From an uncultured Actinomycetota bacterium (lineage in GTDB: Bacteria; Actinomycetota; Actinomycetes; Propionibacteriales; Propionibacteriaceae), in NCBI GenBank assembly GCA_963723605.1, contig CAVRRM010000011.1:23367-87366 (forward strand): a DNA stretch of 64,000 bases, in the 5' to 3' direction. A model generated the notes under the pieces. It had not been told where the DNA came from. It worked only from the letters and a program-made list of their open reading frames with translations, and made no database searches. Positions 43,022 through 52,050 of the stretch are shown here, piece by piece (the stretch's first letter is position 1; the number at the start of each line of letters is the position of its first letter). A program made the position numbers and the translations under genes.

Positions 43022-43190
43022 GTCATCACCATCGACTGGTAGAGGGGTCTCAGCCACGCTCGATATCCGCACGCCGACGAGCGGACGCTCGGTGCGATCA
43101 CGCAGGCTGCTCATCGGAACTCCTCGACTCCCGGTCGAGCACCAGAGTAGCCCTGGCAACCCAGTAAGGGGAGACGCCACGGATCGCCGA

Positions 43191-43209
43191 TTGAGCTTGT
43201 CGAAATCGA
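43191..43209. repeat. Single REP-like unit
   Basis: TTGAGCTTGTCGAAATC, same family as the 35931 and 47921 clusters. Confidence 0.6.
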
Positions 43210-43223
43210 TCGGCCGCGGTCCG

Positions 43224-44138
43224 TCAGGCGTTCAGCGCCAGCGCGGCGAGAATCCGCTCACTCGGGCCGCCCAGGTTGAGCAGCTCGGCGAGTTCGGCGA
43301 ACACCTCGGGCTTGGCGGGTTCGGTGGGCAGCAGCAGATCGTCCTCGGTGACCTTCAGCGGCACATCGGTGCGCACCCGGACGACCTCGCGGGCCGGTCC
43401 CAGATACGGAATGCCCGCGCCGAGCCGGACGGTCAGGGCGGGGGAGAGCTTCTTCGCGGACGCCGCCGCGAGCACGCCTTCCAGGTCTCCGTAGTCCGCG
43501 ATCAGTCTTGCGGCGGTCTTCTCGCCGATCCCGGCGACGCCTGGCAGCCCGTCCGAGGCGTCCCCGCGCAGGGTGGCGTAGTCGGCATAGCCGGCACCGC
43601 TGATGCCGTACTTGGCCACCAGCGTCTCGTCCGTCATCCGTTCGTGATTGCGGACGCCCTTGACCACCGAGAGCACCCGCACCTGGCGTTCGTCGTCGAC
43701 CAGCTGGAACAGGTCACGGTCGCCGGTCACCACGTCCACCGGCATCGAAGACCGGGTGGCGAGGGTACCGATCACGTCGTCGGCCTCGAACCCGTCCGCG
43801 CCGACGACGGCGATGCCGAGGGCGTCCAGCACGGCCAGGATCAGCGGAACCTGCGGGGACAACTCGTCCGGCACCACCTCGAGCTGGCCGCCCAGCACCC
43901 GGTGGGCCTTGTAACTGGGCACCAGGTCGACCCGCCAGGCCGGCCGCCAGGAGTTGTCCCAGCACGCCGCAGCGTGGGTCGGGCGGTAGTCGGTGATGAA
44001 CCTCGACATGAAGTCGAGCAGCCCCCGCACGGCGTTCACACTCTGCCCGTCCTGCGCCTTCAAGGACGAGGGCAGACCGAAGAAAGCGCGGAAATACAGC
44101 GATGCCGTGTCGAAAAGTTGAAGATTCGGCCGGTTCAT
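43224..44138 (-). CDS. 5'-3' exonuclease / flap endonuclease (PolA N-terminal-like)
   Basis: DTASLYFRAF, NAVRG, YKAHR, EADDVIGTL, TGDRD, LRGDASDGLPGVAGIGEKTA. Confidence 0.92.
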   Translation of the reverse strand: MNRPNLQLFDTASLYFRAFFGLPSSLKAQDGQSVNAVRGLLDFMSRFITDYRPTHAAACWDNSWRPAWRVDLVPSYKAHRVLGGQLEVVPDELSPQVPLILAVLDALGIAVVGADGFEADDVIGTLATRSSMPVDVVTGDRDLFQLVDDERQVRVLSVVKGVRNHERMTDETLVAKYGISGAGYADYATLRGDASDGLPGVAGIGEKTAARLIADYGDLEGVLAAASAKKLSPALTVRLGAGIPYLGPAREVVRVRTDVPLKVTEDDLLLPTEPAKPEVFAELAELLNLGGPSERILAALALNA

Positions 44139-44163
44139 CCGCACATAGTGACACGATTGGCCC

Positions 44164-44604
44164 ATGGAGAGCACGGACCGTCAGATTCTCTCGTTGCTGT
44201 CCGCGGACGGCCGGATGTCCTACACCGACATCGGACGCGAGACCGGATTGTCGACGTCAGCGGCCCAGCAGCGGGTGCGCCGGCTGGAGCAGCGGGGGCT
44301 GATCACGGGCTACCGGGCTGAGATCAGCGCGGAGGCGCTCGGGTTGGTGCTGACCGCATTCATCGAGCTGAAGGGTTCCGATCCGGCCTCGGACGACCAG
44401 ATCCCCGAGCGGCTGTCGCACCTCAACAACATCGTTTCGTGCTACTCGGTGGCCGGCGACGCCAGCTACATCCTGATCGTCCAGGTCGAGACCCCGGCCG
44501 ACCTCGAGGCCCTGCTGGCCCAGATCCGGGTCGGCGCGGGCGTGTCCACATTGACCACGCTGGTGTTGTCGGTTCCCTTCAAGGACCGGCCCGTCCTGTC
44601 CTAG
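44164..44604 (+). CDS. Lrp/AsnC-family regulator
   Basis: DRQILSLLSADGRMSY..GLS..RVRRLEQRGLITGY, VAGD. Confidence 0.92.
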   Translation: MESTDRQILSLLSADGRMSYTDIGRETGLSTSAAQQRVRRLEQRGLITGYRAEISAEALGLVLTAFIELKGSDPASDDQIPERLSHLNNIVSCYSVAGDASYILIVQVETPADLEALLAQIRVGAGVSTLTTLVLSVPFKDRPVLS

Positions 44605-44619
44605 GCGCCGCTGGGTAGC

Positions 44620-46233
44620 ATGCCCAGGGTGACCGATCGCCTGCGCGCCCTGCCGTGGTGGGCGCGCAGTTCGCTGGCGGCAGTGACCGGAGCGGCCGGG
44701 TCCCTCGGCTTCGCCCCGGTCTCGTGGTGGCCGGTGCTGATCCTCAGCGTGGCGGTACTCACCCTGTTGGCACTACCGGCCCCGAACTGGTGGCACGCCG
44801 CCCTGTCCGGCGCCTTCTTCGGCCTCGGCATGTATGTGATCGGCATCCGCTGGATGTCGGTCGTGTTCGTCGAGGCCGTGTTCGGGCTTTCCGGTCTCTT
44901 GGCCCTGTACCTCGCCGGTTGCATGGTGTTGCTGAGACTGGCCGGTCGCACCCGGTTCTGGCCGCCGCTTGCCGCGGGCTGTTGGGTGTTGGTCGAGTAC
45001 CTGTTCTCGCGGTATCCGTACGGCGGATTTCCGTGGCTGCGGCTCGGCTACACGGTGATCGATTCTCCGCTGGCCGGGTTGTTGCCGCTGATCGGGGTAC
45101 CCGGTGCCAGCTTCGCACTCGCCCTGGTCGCGCAACTGCTGGCCTGGACGGTGCTGGACGCCGACAACCTCCGTCGCCGGGTGCTCGGACTTGCTGCCGC
45201 GCTGCTGGTGCTGGTCAGCGGCACCCTCGGTGCGCTGGTTCCCGCCGGCGCCGAACAGGGCACGGTGAACGTCGGGTATGTGCAGGGCAACGCGCCCGGC
45301 GGCGGCATCTACGGACTCGGCGAGCCGCGCACCATCACCCGTAACCATGTGGCGGAGACCCAACGGCTGGCAGCCAGAATCCAGGCCCGACAGGTGGCGA
45401 AGCCCGACTTCGTGGTCTGGCCCGAGAACGGCACCGACCTCGACCCGTTCCGGGACGCCCAGACCAACCAGTTGGTGAAGACGGCGGTAGCCGCGGTGAA
45501 CCTGCCGGTGCTGATCGGCACGATCACCGATGGCCCCGGGCCCAACGAGCGCCAGACCGCGGCCATCGTCTGGGACCCGGCAACCGGGCCGCAGGCACGC
45601 TACGACAAACGCAACCTGGTTCCCTTCGGCGAGTGGGTGCCGGCGCGCAGCCTACTCGAGCCCCTGTTCCCGATCGTGGCCTACGTGGGGGCGCAGTCCA
45701 TTCCGGGCATCGGACCCGGGGTGCTGGACGTCCAGTTGCCCGACCGCACCGTGAAGGTCGGCGACCTGATCTGTTGGGAACTCGCCTACGACGCCACCGT
45801 GCACGACACCGTGCTCGCCGGTGGCCAGGTCAATGTGGTGCAGAGCAGCAACGCGATGTACGTCGGAACCGGGCAGGTGGCCCAGCAGTTCGCGATCACC
45901 CGCGCCCGCGCCGCCGAACTCCGCCGCGACATTCTGGTGGTCACCACCACCGGTACCTCCGGTCTGATCCGTCCGGACGGCTCGGTTGCCTTCACCCTGC
46001 CCGAGTTCCAGCCGGCCTCCGGGGTGGTCGAACTACCCCTGCGCAGCGGGCTGACCCCGGCGGTGATGTTCTCCGGTGCGCTGGAGCTGTTCATCATGTG
46101 GATCACCGTGGCGGCCCTGGTCTGGGTGACCTGGCGGCACCGAGGCGCAGCAGGTAGCGGGGCGGTTCGCGGCCGGGGCAGATCACCGGTGCGGCAGAAT
46201 GGACGGGTCGAAGCTAGCCAGGAGACCCCGTGA
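44620..46233 (+). CDS. lnt: Apolipoprotein N-acyltransferase
   Basis: GGFPW, VQGN and the catalytic triad motifs WPE, YDKRNLVPFGE, ICWE. Confidence 0.93.
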   Translation: MPRVTDRLRALPWWARSSLAAVTGAAGSLGFAPVSWWPVLILSVAVLTLLALPAPNWWHAALSGAFFGLGMYVIGIRWMSVVFVEAVFGLSGLLALYLAGCMVLLRLAGRTRFWPPLAAGCWVLVEYLFSRYPYGGFPWLRLGYTVIDSPLAGLLPLIGVPGASFALALVAQLLAWTVLDADNLRRRVLGLAAALLVLVSGTLGALVPAGAEQGTVNVGYVQGNAPGGGIYGLGEPRTITRNHVAETQRLAARIQARQVAKPDFVVWPENGTDLDPFRDAQTNQLVKTAVAAVNLPVLIGTITDGPGPNERQTAAIVWDPATGPQARYDKRNLVPFGEWVPARSLLEPLFPIVAYVGAQSIPGIGPGVLDVQLPDRTVKVGDLICWELAYDATVHDTVLAGGQVNVVQSSNAMYVGTGQVAQQFAITRARAAELRRDILVVTTTGTSGLIRPDGSVAFTLPEFQPASGVVELPLRSGLTPAVMFSGALELFIMWITVAALVWVTWRHRGAAGSGAVRGRGRSPVRQNGRVEASQETP

Positions 46234-47357
46234 CCGAATCCGCGAGCAACACCACCAGCACCCAGCAATGGGCCGAACTCGGCAAGGTGCTGGTGATCGT
46301 TCCCACCTACAACGAGGCCGAGAACATTCGTCCGATCGTCACTCGGCTGCGCGCTGCGGTGCCGGACGCGGACGTCCTGATCGCGGATGACAACTCTCCC
46401 GACGGCACCGGCCGGATCGCCGATGAACTGGCCGCGGCCGACGATCATGTGCAGGTGCTGCACCGGCCGGCCAAGCAGGGCCTCGGCGCCACCTACGTGG
46501 CGGGCTTCCGCTGGGGACTGGAGCGTGGCTACGGCGTGCTCGTCGAGCACGACGCGGACGGATCCCACCAGCCCGAACAGTTGCCCAGCATGTTGCGCGC
46601 GCTGAAGCGGGCAGACATGGTGAAGGGCTCCCGCTGGGTCAAGGGTGGCTCGGTGGTCAACTGGCCGTGGCACCGCAAACTGCTCTCGCAGGGAGGCTCG
46701 CTCTACTCGCGGATGATGCTGGGCGTGCCGATCAAGGACGTCACCGGCGGGTTCACCGCCTTTCGGGCCGACACCCTGAAGGGCATCGGCCTGGACGGTA
46801 TCGAGTCAGCCGGCTATGCCTTCCAAGTCGACCTCGCCCGCCGCGCGGTGAGCAAGGGCTACCACGTCGTGGAGGTGCCGATCGAGTTCGTCGAGCGGGT
46901 CCGCGGCGACTCGAAGATGAGCGGAAACATCGTCACCGAGGCGATGCTGTTGACCACCCGCTGGGGCGTGAAGCACCGCACCGACCAGCTGAAGGACTAT
47001 CTCGGCTTCGCCCGCGACAACGCAACCAAGATGGCCGGCGAGGTCGGCGACAAGGTCGGCCCCGAGGTCGAGAAGGTCACCACCCAGGCGACCAGGCTCG
47101 CCGGTGGAGTTGCCGACAAGACCAAAGAGGTGGCCGGCGACGTCAGCGACAAGGTCCTGGCCGAGGCGCAGCGGCTGACCCGCGAAGTGTCCAAGCTGGC
47201 CGCAGAGGCCGCCGACAAGCTCGGCCCAGAGGTGGAGAAGTACGCGGCGCAGGCCAGCCGCGCGGTCGCTGAACTGAGTGAGCGGATCAAGGTGGAGGCG
47301 GCCAAGGTGACCGACTCGGGTCGCGCGACCCACGACCGGCAGGACGCCGCGAAGTGA
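46230..47357 (+). CDS. ppm1: Polyprenol monophosphomannose synthase (GT2) with C-terminal 11-mer repeat extension
   Basis: PTYNE, DDNSPDGT, DADGSH, FVERVRGDSKM; follows lnt. Confidence 0.9.
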   Translation: MTESASNTTSTQQWAELGKVLVIVPTYNEAENIRPIVTRLRAAVPDADVLIADDNSPDGTGRIADELAAADDHVQVLHRPAKQGLGATYVAGFRWGLERGYGVLVEHDADGSHQPEQLPSMLRALKRADMVKGSRWVKGGSVVNWPWHRKLLSQGGSLYSRMMLGVPIKDVTGGFTAFRADTLKGIGLDGIESAGYAFQVDLARRAVSKGYHVVEVPIEFVERVRGDSKMSGNIVTEAMLLTTRWGVKHRTDQLKDYLGFARDNATKMAGEVGDKVGPEVEKVTTQATRLAGGVADKTKEVAGDVSDKVLAEAQRLTREVSKLAAEAADKLGPEVEKYAAQASRAVAELSERIKVEAAKVTDSGRATHDRQDAAK

Positions 47358-47905
47358 GCGCGCCGGCTCCGCTGCCCCGGGCCCGAAGGCCTTGGCTGGG
47401 GCCGCTGCTGCTGGTCTTCTTTCTCACCGTGCCGATCATCGAGGTGTGGTTGCTGGTCTCCGTCGGCCAGCGGATCGGGGCCTTGTGGACGATCGCGATT
47501 CTGGTCGCCGAGGCTCTGTTGGGCGCCTGGCTGATGCGGCGCGAGGGTACGAAGGCCTGGACGGCGCTGAACCGTGCGTTCGCTTCGGGCAAGTTGCCCA
47601 CCGGAGAAATGCTGGACGCGATGCTGATCATGGTCGGCGGCGTGCTGGTGATGCTGCCAGGTTTCTTCACCGACCTGTTCGGGCTGGTCTTCCTGCTGCC
47701 GTTCACCCGACCGCTGGCCCGCAGACTGCTGCAGCTGTTCATCACCCGCCGAGCTGCTCGCTCTGGGATCAACCTGGACGTGATGCGGGCCCGGGTCGAA
47801 CCAAACACCGTGATTCGTGGTGAGACGGTGCCCGACCAGCCGACAACCGCCCAGCGTCCGAAGTCTGACGATCAGATCGTGATCAAGGGCGAGATCGAAC
47901 CCTGA
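47354..47905 (+). CDS. fxsA: FxsA family membrane protein
   Basis: PIIEVWLL, GAWLMRREG, PGFFTDLFG; conserved lnt-ppm1-fxsA neighbourhood. Confidence 0.88.
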   Translation: MSAPAPLPRARRPWLGPLLLVFFLTVPIIEVWLLVSVGQRIGALWTIAILVAEALLGAWLMRREGTKAWTALNRAFASGKLPTGEMLDAMLIMVGGVLVMLPGFFTDLFGLVFLLPFTRPLARRLLQLFITRRAARSGINLDVMRARVEPNTVIRGETVPDQPTTAQRPKSDDQIVIKGEIEP

Positions 47906-47920
47906 ACGACAGCGGTTCGC

Positions 47921-48088
47921 CGGTTGAGCCTGTCGAAATCGCTGGCGTCGTTCGATTGAGCTTGTCGAAATCACTGGTCTGGACAGGCTCGACCGGCGGT
48001 TTGGTTGAGCCGTCGAAATCGTCGATGGCGTTGATTGAGCTGTCGAAATGAATGGTCTCGACAGGCCCGAGCGTCGATTGAACTCAAG
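47921..48088. repeat. REP-like repeat cluster (four forward and two reverse units)
   Basis: TTGAGC(C/T)TGTCGAAAT variants and GACAGGC(T/C)CGA between the convergent fxsA and rbpA genes. Confidence 0.8.
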
Positions 48089-48103
48089 TGGCCGCAGAAC
48101 GAC

Positions 48104-48433
48104 CTATTTGCCGCGAATCTCGTCCAGCCGCTCGGCAAGCAGTTCCTCGAGTTCCTCCAGCGAGCGGCGCTCGCGCAGCATGTCCCAGTGGGTGCGGGGT
48201 GGTTTGACCTCTTTCGCCTCTGCCACCACGCCATCCGAGCGGCGGGCGACTGCGCCGCAGCGCGGGCATTCCCACTCGGTCGGCAGATCGGCCTCTTCGG
48301 CGAAGGTCACCGTGAAGTGGTGACTCTTGGGGCAGTCGAATCCGGTCTCCTGACGGGCAGCGAACTCGACCCCCGCGCCGTCGGCGAAGCTCTTGGAACC
48401 CAATCCGGATCCACGCAACGATCGTTCAGCCAT
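48104..48433 (-). CDS. rbpA: RNA polymerase-binding protein RbpA
   Basis: MAERSLRGSGLG, WECPRCG, KPPRTHWDMLRERRS. Confidence 0.95.
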   Translation of the reverse strand: MAERSLRGSGLGSKSFADGAGVEFAARQETGFDCPKSHHFTVTFAEEADLPTEWECPRCGAVARRSDGVVAEAKEVKPPRTHWDMLRERRSLEELEELLAERLDEIRGK

Positions 48434-48505
48434 GACCTCTCCCTCCACCGGACGGCTCAACTGACAGCCCGTCCCGCTCCACGCTACTCCGTGACACCAA
48501 GTGGG

Positions 48506-49855
48506 TCACAAGACCTTTGGCAACTCATTTCCTGCCTCGGTTATTCCCCGGCGCATGTCGACGCGGGTCAGCAACAGCCCTCCGACTAGGAAAAACACCA
48601 CCAGAGCGAGGATGGCGAGCCGATAGGATTGGCTGAACTGGAAGACCAGCGCGAAGCTGAGGGTGCCGAACCAGCTGGTTCCACGCTCCATCGCCTGGTA
48701 GAAGCTGAAGTACTCCGCCTCTCGCCCCTTGGGCACCAGTTGCGAGTACATCGAGCGGCTCAACGCCTGCGTGCCGCCCATCACCAGGCCGATTGCGGCG
48801 CCGAGGGCGAGCAGCGCTCCGAAGACTCCCGCCGGTATGAAGAACGCCACCGCCACCACTCCGAACCAGATCGCGATGCCGATCAACACGGTCCGCTTGG
48901 CGCCGAGCCGGCCGGCCACCCGTCCGAACAGCAGGGCGCCGCCGAACGCGACGAACTGGGTGACCAGAAAGGTGATCATCACGTTGGACGTGGACATACC
49001 CAGCTCGGATTGCGCGTACAGGCTGGACTGGCCGATCACGGTTTGGATGCCGTCGTTGTAGAACAGGTAGGCGGCCAGGAACATCAAGGTCTGCGGGTAT
49101 TTGCGCAGGTCGGCGAAGGTGTTCGCCAGCTGGCGCAGCGGGTTGGTGCGCACGGTGGCTCGCTGTTCGAGCTCGTCCAGCGATCGCTGCGGCAGTGAGC
49201 GCAGCCCGAGCACCGGAATGATCGTGAACAGGCCCCACCACAACCCGGCCGACAGCAGGCTCAGTCGGATCGCCAGCCCGTAGCTGATCCCCAGCGATTC
49301 GTAGCCGGTCATCAGCCCCAGGTTGAGGGCGAGCAGCAGGCCGCCGCCGAGGTACCCCATCGCCCAGCCGCGACTGGACACCCGGTCGCGGTCGTCCGGT
49401 TCGGCGATCCGCACCAGGATGCCGTCGTAGATCACCTGGGACGAGCCGACGCACAGGTTCGCGATGATCATCAGCACCGCGCCGAGTTGCCAGTTGGTGT
49501 CGGCCAGGAAGAACATCAGCGATGCGGCGATGGCGCCCACCCAAGCCAGGCCGCCCAACCAGAGCTGCGGCCGGGTGGACCGGTCCGCCACCACGCCGAC
49601 CAACAGCAGCGCGACCAGGGTCAGGATGGTCGAGATGGTGATCAGGAACGGATGCACGGCCCCCGGCAGCACGGAGAGGCCGAGGAGAGACACCGGTGTG
49701 GTGCAGACCTGACCGGCGGGCAGGTCGGGGCAGGCCGACCGGGTGGCCAGGCTGGTCAGGTAGGGGCCCAGAATCACGGTGGCGGTGGTGGTGACGTAGG
49801 CCGAGTTGGCCCAGTCGTACCAGTACCAGGCCTTCTGCTGCCGAGTGCTGCCCAT
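48506..49855 (-). CDS. MFS transporter (UMF1/Atg22-like)
   Basis: WYWYDWANSAY, SSRGWAMGYLGG, GGTQALSRS. Confidence 0.88.
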   Translation of the reverse strand: MGSTRQQKAWYWYDWANSAYVTTTATVILGPYLTSLATRSACPDLPAGQVCTTPVSLLGLSVLPGAVHPFLITISTILTLVALLLVGVVADRSTRPQLWLGGLAWVGAIAASLMFFLADTNWQLGAVLMIIANLCVGSSQVIYDGILVRIAEPDDRDRVSSRGWAMGYLGGGLLLALNLGLMTGYESLGISYGLAIRLSLLSAGLWWGLFTIIPVLGLRSLPQRSLDELEQRATVRTNPLRQLANTFADLRKYPQTLMFLAAYLFYNDGIQTVIGQSSLYAQSELGMSTSNVMITFLVTQFVAFGGALLFGRVAGRLGAKRTVLIGIAIWFGVVAVAFFIPAGVFGALLALGAAIGLVMGGTQALSRSMYSQLVPKGREAEYFSFYQAMERGTSWFGTLSFALVFQFSQSYRLAILALVVFFLVGGLLLTRVDMRRGITEAGNELPKVL

Positions 49856-50637
49856 CAGTTCCCCTCCCACAGGCCACGATCGGCCAGCACTTCCGCCAGT
49901 ACATCGATCCGATCGCTGACCAGACCGTCCACGCCGAGGTCGATCAGCCGCTCCATCTCGGTGCGGTCGTTGATCGTCCAGACATGAACCCGCCGGCCGG
50001 CCCGATGCGCCGTTCGGATCAGGCCTCCGGTGACCACCGGCACCCGATCGTGCCAGGTGCGGATCGGGATCTGAAGTGCCACACCGGGGGAGCGGACGAT
50101 GCGGCGCACCCCGAGCGCATAGGCGTACCCGGCCACACCAATGGGTCCCGACGCGGTGGCCACCCGGGTGCCAACCAGCCGGCGGAAGGCATGAATCCGG
50201 CTGGCCGAGAAGGACCCGACGCAGACCCGGTCGTGGGCGGCATGGGCATCGAGCGCCCGAGCCAGGGGAGCCACCGCCTGGGGCACCTTCAGGTCCACGT
50301 TGAAGCGGGCCTCCGGCAGGCTCTCCAGCAGTTCGTCCAGTGTGGGGATCGGATCCCGTCCGGCGACGCGCACCGTGCTGAGTTCGCTCCAGGGCAGGCG
50401 ATCCGGCACGCCAGTGCCGTCGGTCACCCGATCGAGCGTGTCGTCGTGGAACGAGAACAGCACCCCGTCGGACGACAGGTGGACGTCTGTCTCCAGGTAC
50501 CGATAACCGAACTCGACGGCCTTGGTGAAGGCATACAGGGTGTTCTCGCGTGCCCGATCCTCGGCAGCCAGGTAACCGCCCCGATGGGCCAGCGCGGCGA
50601 ACCGAGTGTCGAAGTAGCGATAGTCGCCCGCCTTCAC
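49855..50637 (-). CDS. Glycerophosphodiester phosphodiesterase
   Basis: AHRGG, ENT, ETDVH, HD..LDR, NVDLK, VWTIND, GVDGLVSD. Start is approximate. Confidence 0.9.
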   Translation of the reverse strand: MKAGDYRYFDTRFAALAHRGGYLAAEDRARENTLYAFTKAVEFGYRYLETDVHLSSDGVLFSFHDDTLDRVTDGTGVPDRLPWSELSTVRVAGRDPIPTLDELLESLPEARFNVDLKVPQAVAPLARALDAHAAHDRVCVGSFSASRIHAFRRLVGTRVATASGPIGVAGYAYALGVRRIVRSPGVALQIPIRTWHDRVPVVTGGLIRTAHRAGRRVHVWTINDRTEMERLIDLGVDGLVSDRIDVLAEVLADRGLWEGN

Positions 50638-50710
50638 CGCCCCAGTATGCGGGAGTGCCGATCCACTGTCACCCATACTCAACCCGGCTTTCGGGGGCCA
50701 TAATCGGGGC

Positions 50711-51082
50711 ATGACGGAAACCTCAGCACCGATCCGCCAGGCACTTCGGGACGCCCTTCCCGGGGCGATGAAGGCTCGGGACACACCCAGCAAGAACGCC
50801 ATCCGTTCCGCCCTGGCGGCGATCGAGAACGCCGAAGCCGTCGTGGTGGACGGCTCGGACGGGATCGTCGCGACCAGCGAGCATGTGGCGGGAGCCGCGA
50901 TCGGCGTGGGTGCCGCGGAGGCGCAGCGGCAGGAGCTGGATGAGGAGCAGATCCTTGAGATCGTCAGCGCCGAGCGGGACGAGCGGCTGACCGCGGCCGC
51001 CGAGCTGAGGGCTGCCGGACGTGAGGATCGCGCCGCCGACCTCGAGGCGGAAGCGGCCGCACTCGACGCGTTTCTCTGCTGA
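50711..51082 (+). CDS. Hypothetical protein, YqeY-like
   Basis: LRDALPGAMKARD..AIRSALAAIENAEA resembles the YqeY N-terminus. Confidence 0.65.
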   Translation: MTETSAPIRQALRDALPGAMKARDTPSKNAIRSALAAIENAEAVVVDGSDGIVATSEHVAGAAIGVGAAEAQRQELDEEQILEIVSAERDERLTAAAELRAAGREDRAADLEAEAAALDAFLC

Positions 51083-51165
51083 ACCCAGGTGCCGGGCGGG
51101 GATGCCGCGGCCACGTCAGCATCGGATTTCCCGCCTCGCTTTGAGTAGGGCCACACTATGGCCTC

Positions 51166-52020
51166 GTGACCACCATCCTTTCGATCCAGTCCTCGGTCGC
51201 CTACGGGCACGTAGGCAACAGCGCCGCCACCTTTCCCCTGATGCGCTCGGGTGTCGAAGTGTGGCCGGTGCTGACCGTGCACTTCTCGAACCACACCGGT
51301 TACGGCGAATGGCGCGGCCCCTTGTTGGCCGCTGAGGACGTTGCTGATGTGGTCCGGGGAATCGACGATCGGGGTGTGCTGAACCGGGTGGACGCGGTGC
51401 TCTCCGGCTACCAGGGTGCCGAAGCCGTCGGAGCGGTGGTGCTCGAGGCGGTGGCGCTGGTGAAGGAGCGCAGCCCCAAGGCGATCTACTGCTGCGATCC
51501 GGTGATGGGCGATGTCGGACGTGGGTTCTTCGTCCGACCCGGCATTCCTGAGTTCATGCGCGACCAGGTGGTTCCGAAGGCGCAGATCGTCACCCCGAAC
51601 CACTTCGAACTCGACTTCCTCACCGGACGCGAGACCCACACCCTCGATCAGGTGATCGACGCGGCGCACTCGCTGCGCGCGGCCGGGCCGGAGACCGTCC
51701 TGGTCACGTCCGTTGTCACCGACGCGACCGCGGACGACGAACTCACCATGCTGGCGGTCACCGGTGACGGTGCCTGGCAGGTGCTCACACCGCGACTCGA
51801 TCGCATCTTCACCGGGTCGGGCGACCTCACCGCGGCGATGTTCCTGGCGCACTGGCTGGCCAGTGGCTCGGCCGCTGCAGCCGTCGGAGCGACCGCCGAC
51901 ATCGTCTACTCAGTGCTCAAGCAGACGGCCGACTCAGGCCTACCCGAGCTGCAGTTGGTTGCCGCCCAGGACGAGATCGTCACTCCGACCTACCACTTCG
52001 ACGTGCACCAGGTGCGATAG
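51166..52020 (+). CDS. pdxY: Pyridoxal kinase
   Basis: [38 protein letters not shown]. Confidence 0.93.
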   Translation: MTTILSIQSSVAYGHVGNSAATFPLMRSGVEVWPVLTVHFSNHTGYGEWRGPLLAAEDVADVVRGIDDRGVLNRVDAVLSGYQGAEAVGAVVLEAVALVKERSPKAIYCCDPVMGDVGRGFFVRPGIPEFMRDQVVPKAQIVTPNHFELDFLTGRETHTLDQVIDAAHSLRAAGPETVLVTSVVTDATADDELTMLAVTGDGAWQVLTPRLDRIFTGSGDLTAAMFLAHWLASGSAAAAVGATADIVYSVLKQTADSGLPELQLVAAQDEIVTPTYHFDVHQVR

Positions 52021-52050
52021 GCGTCGGTGGGCTGGTCGCCGGTCGCACCT

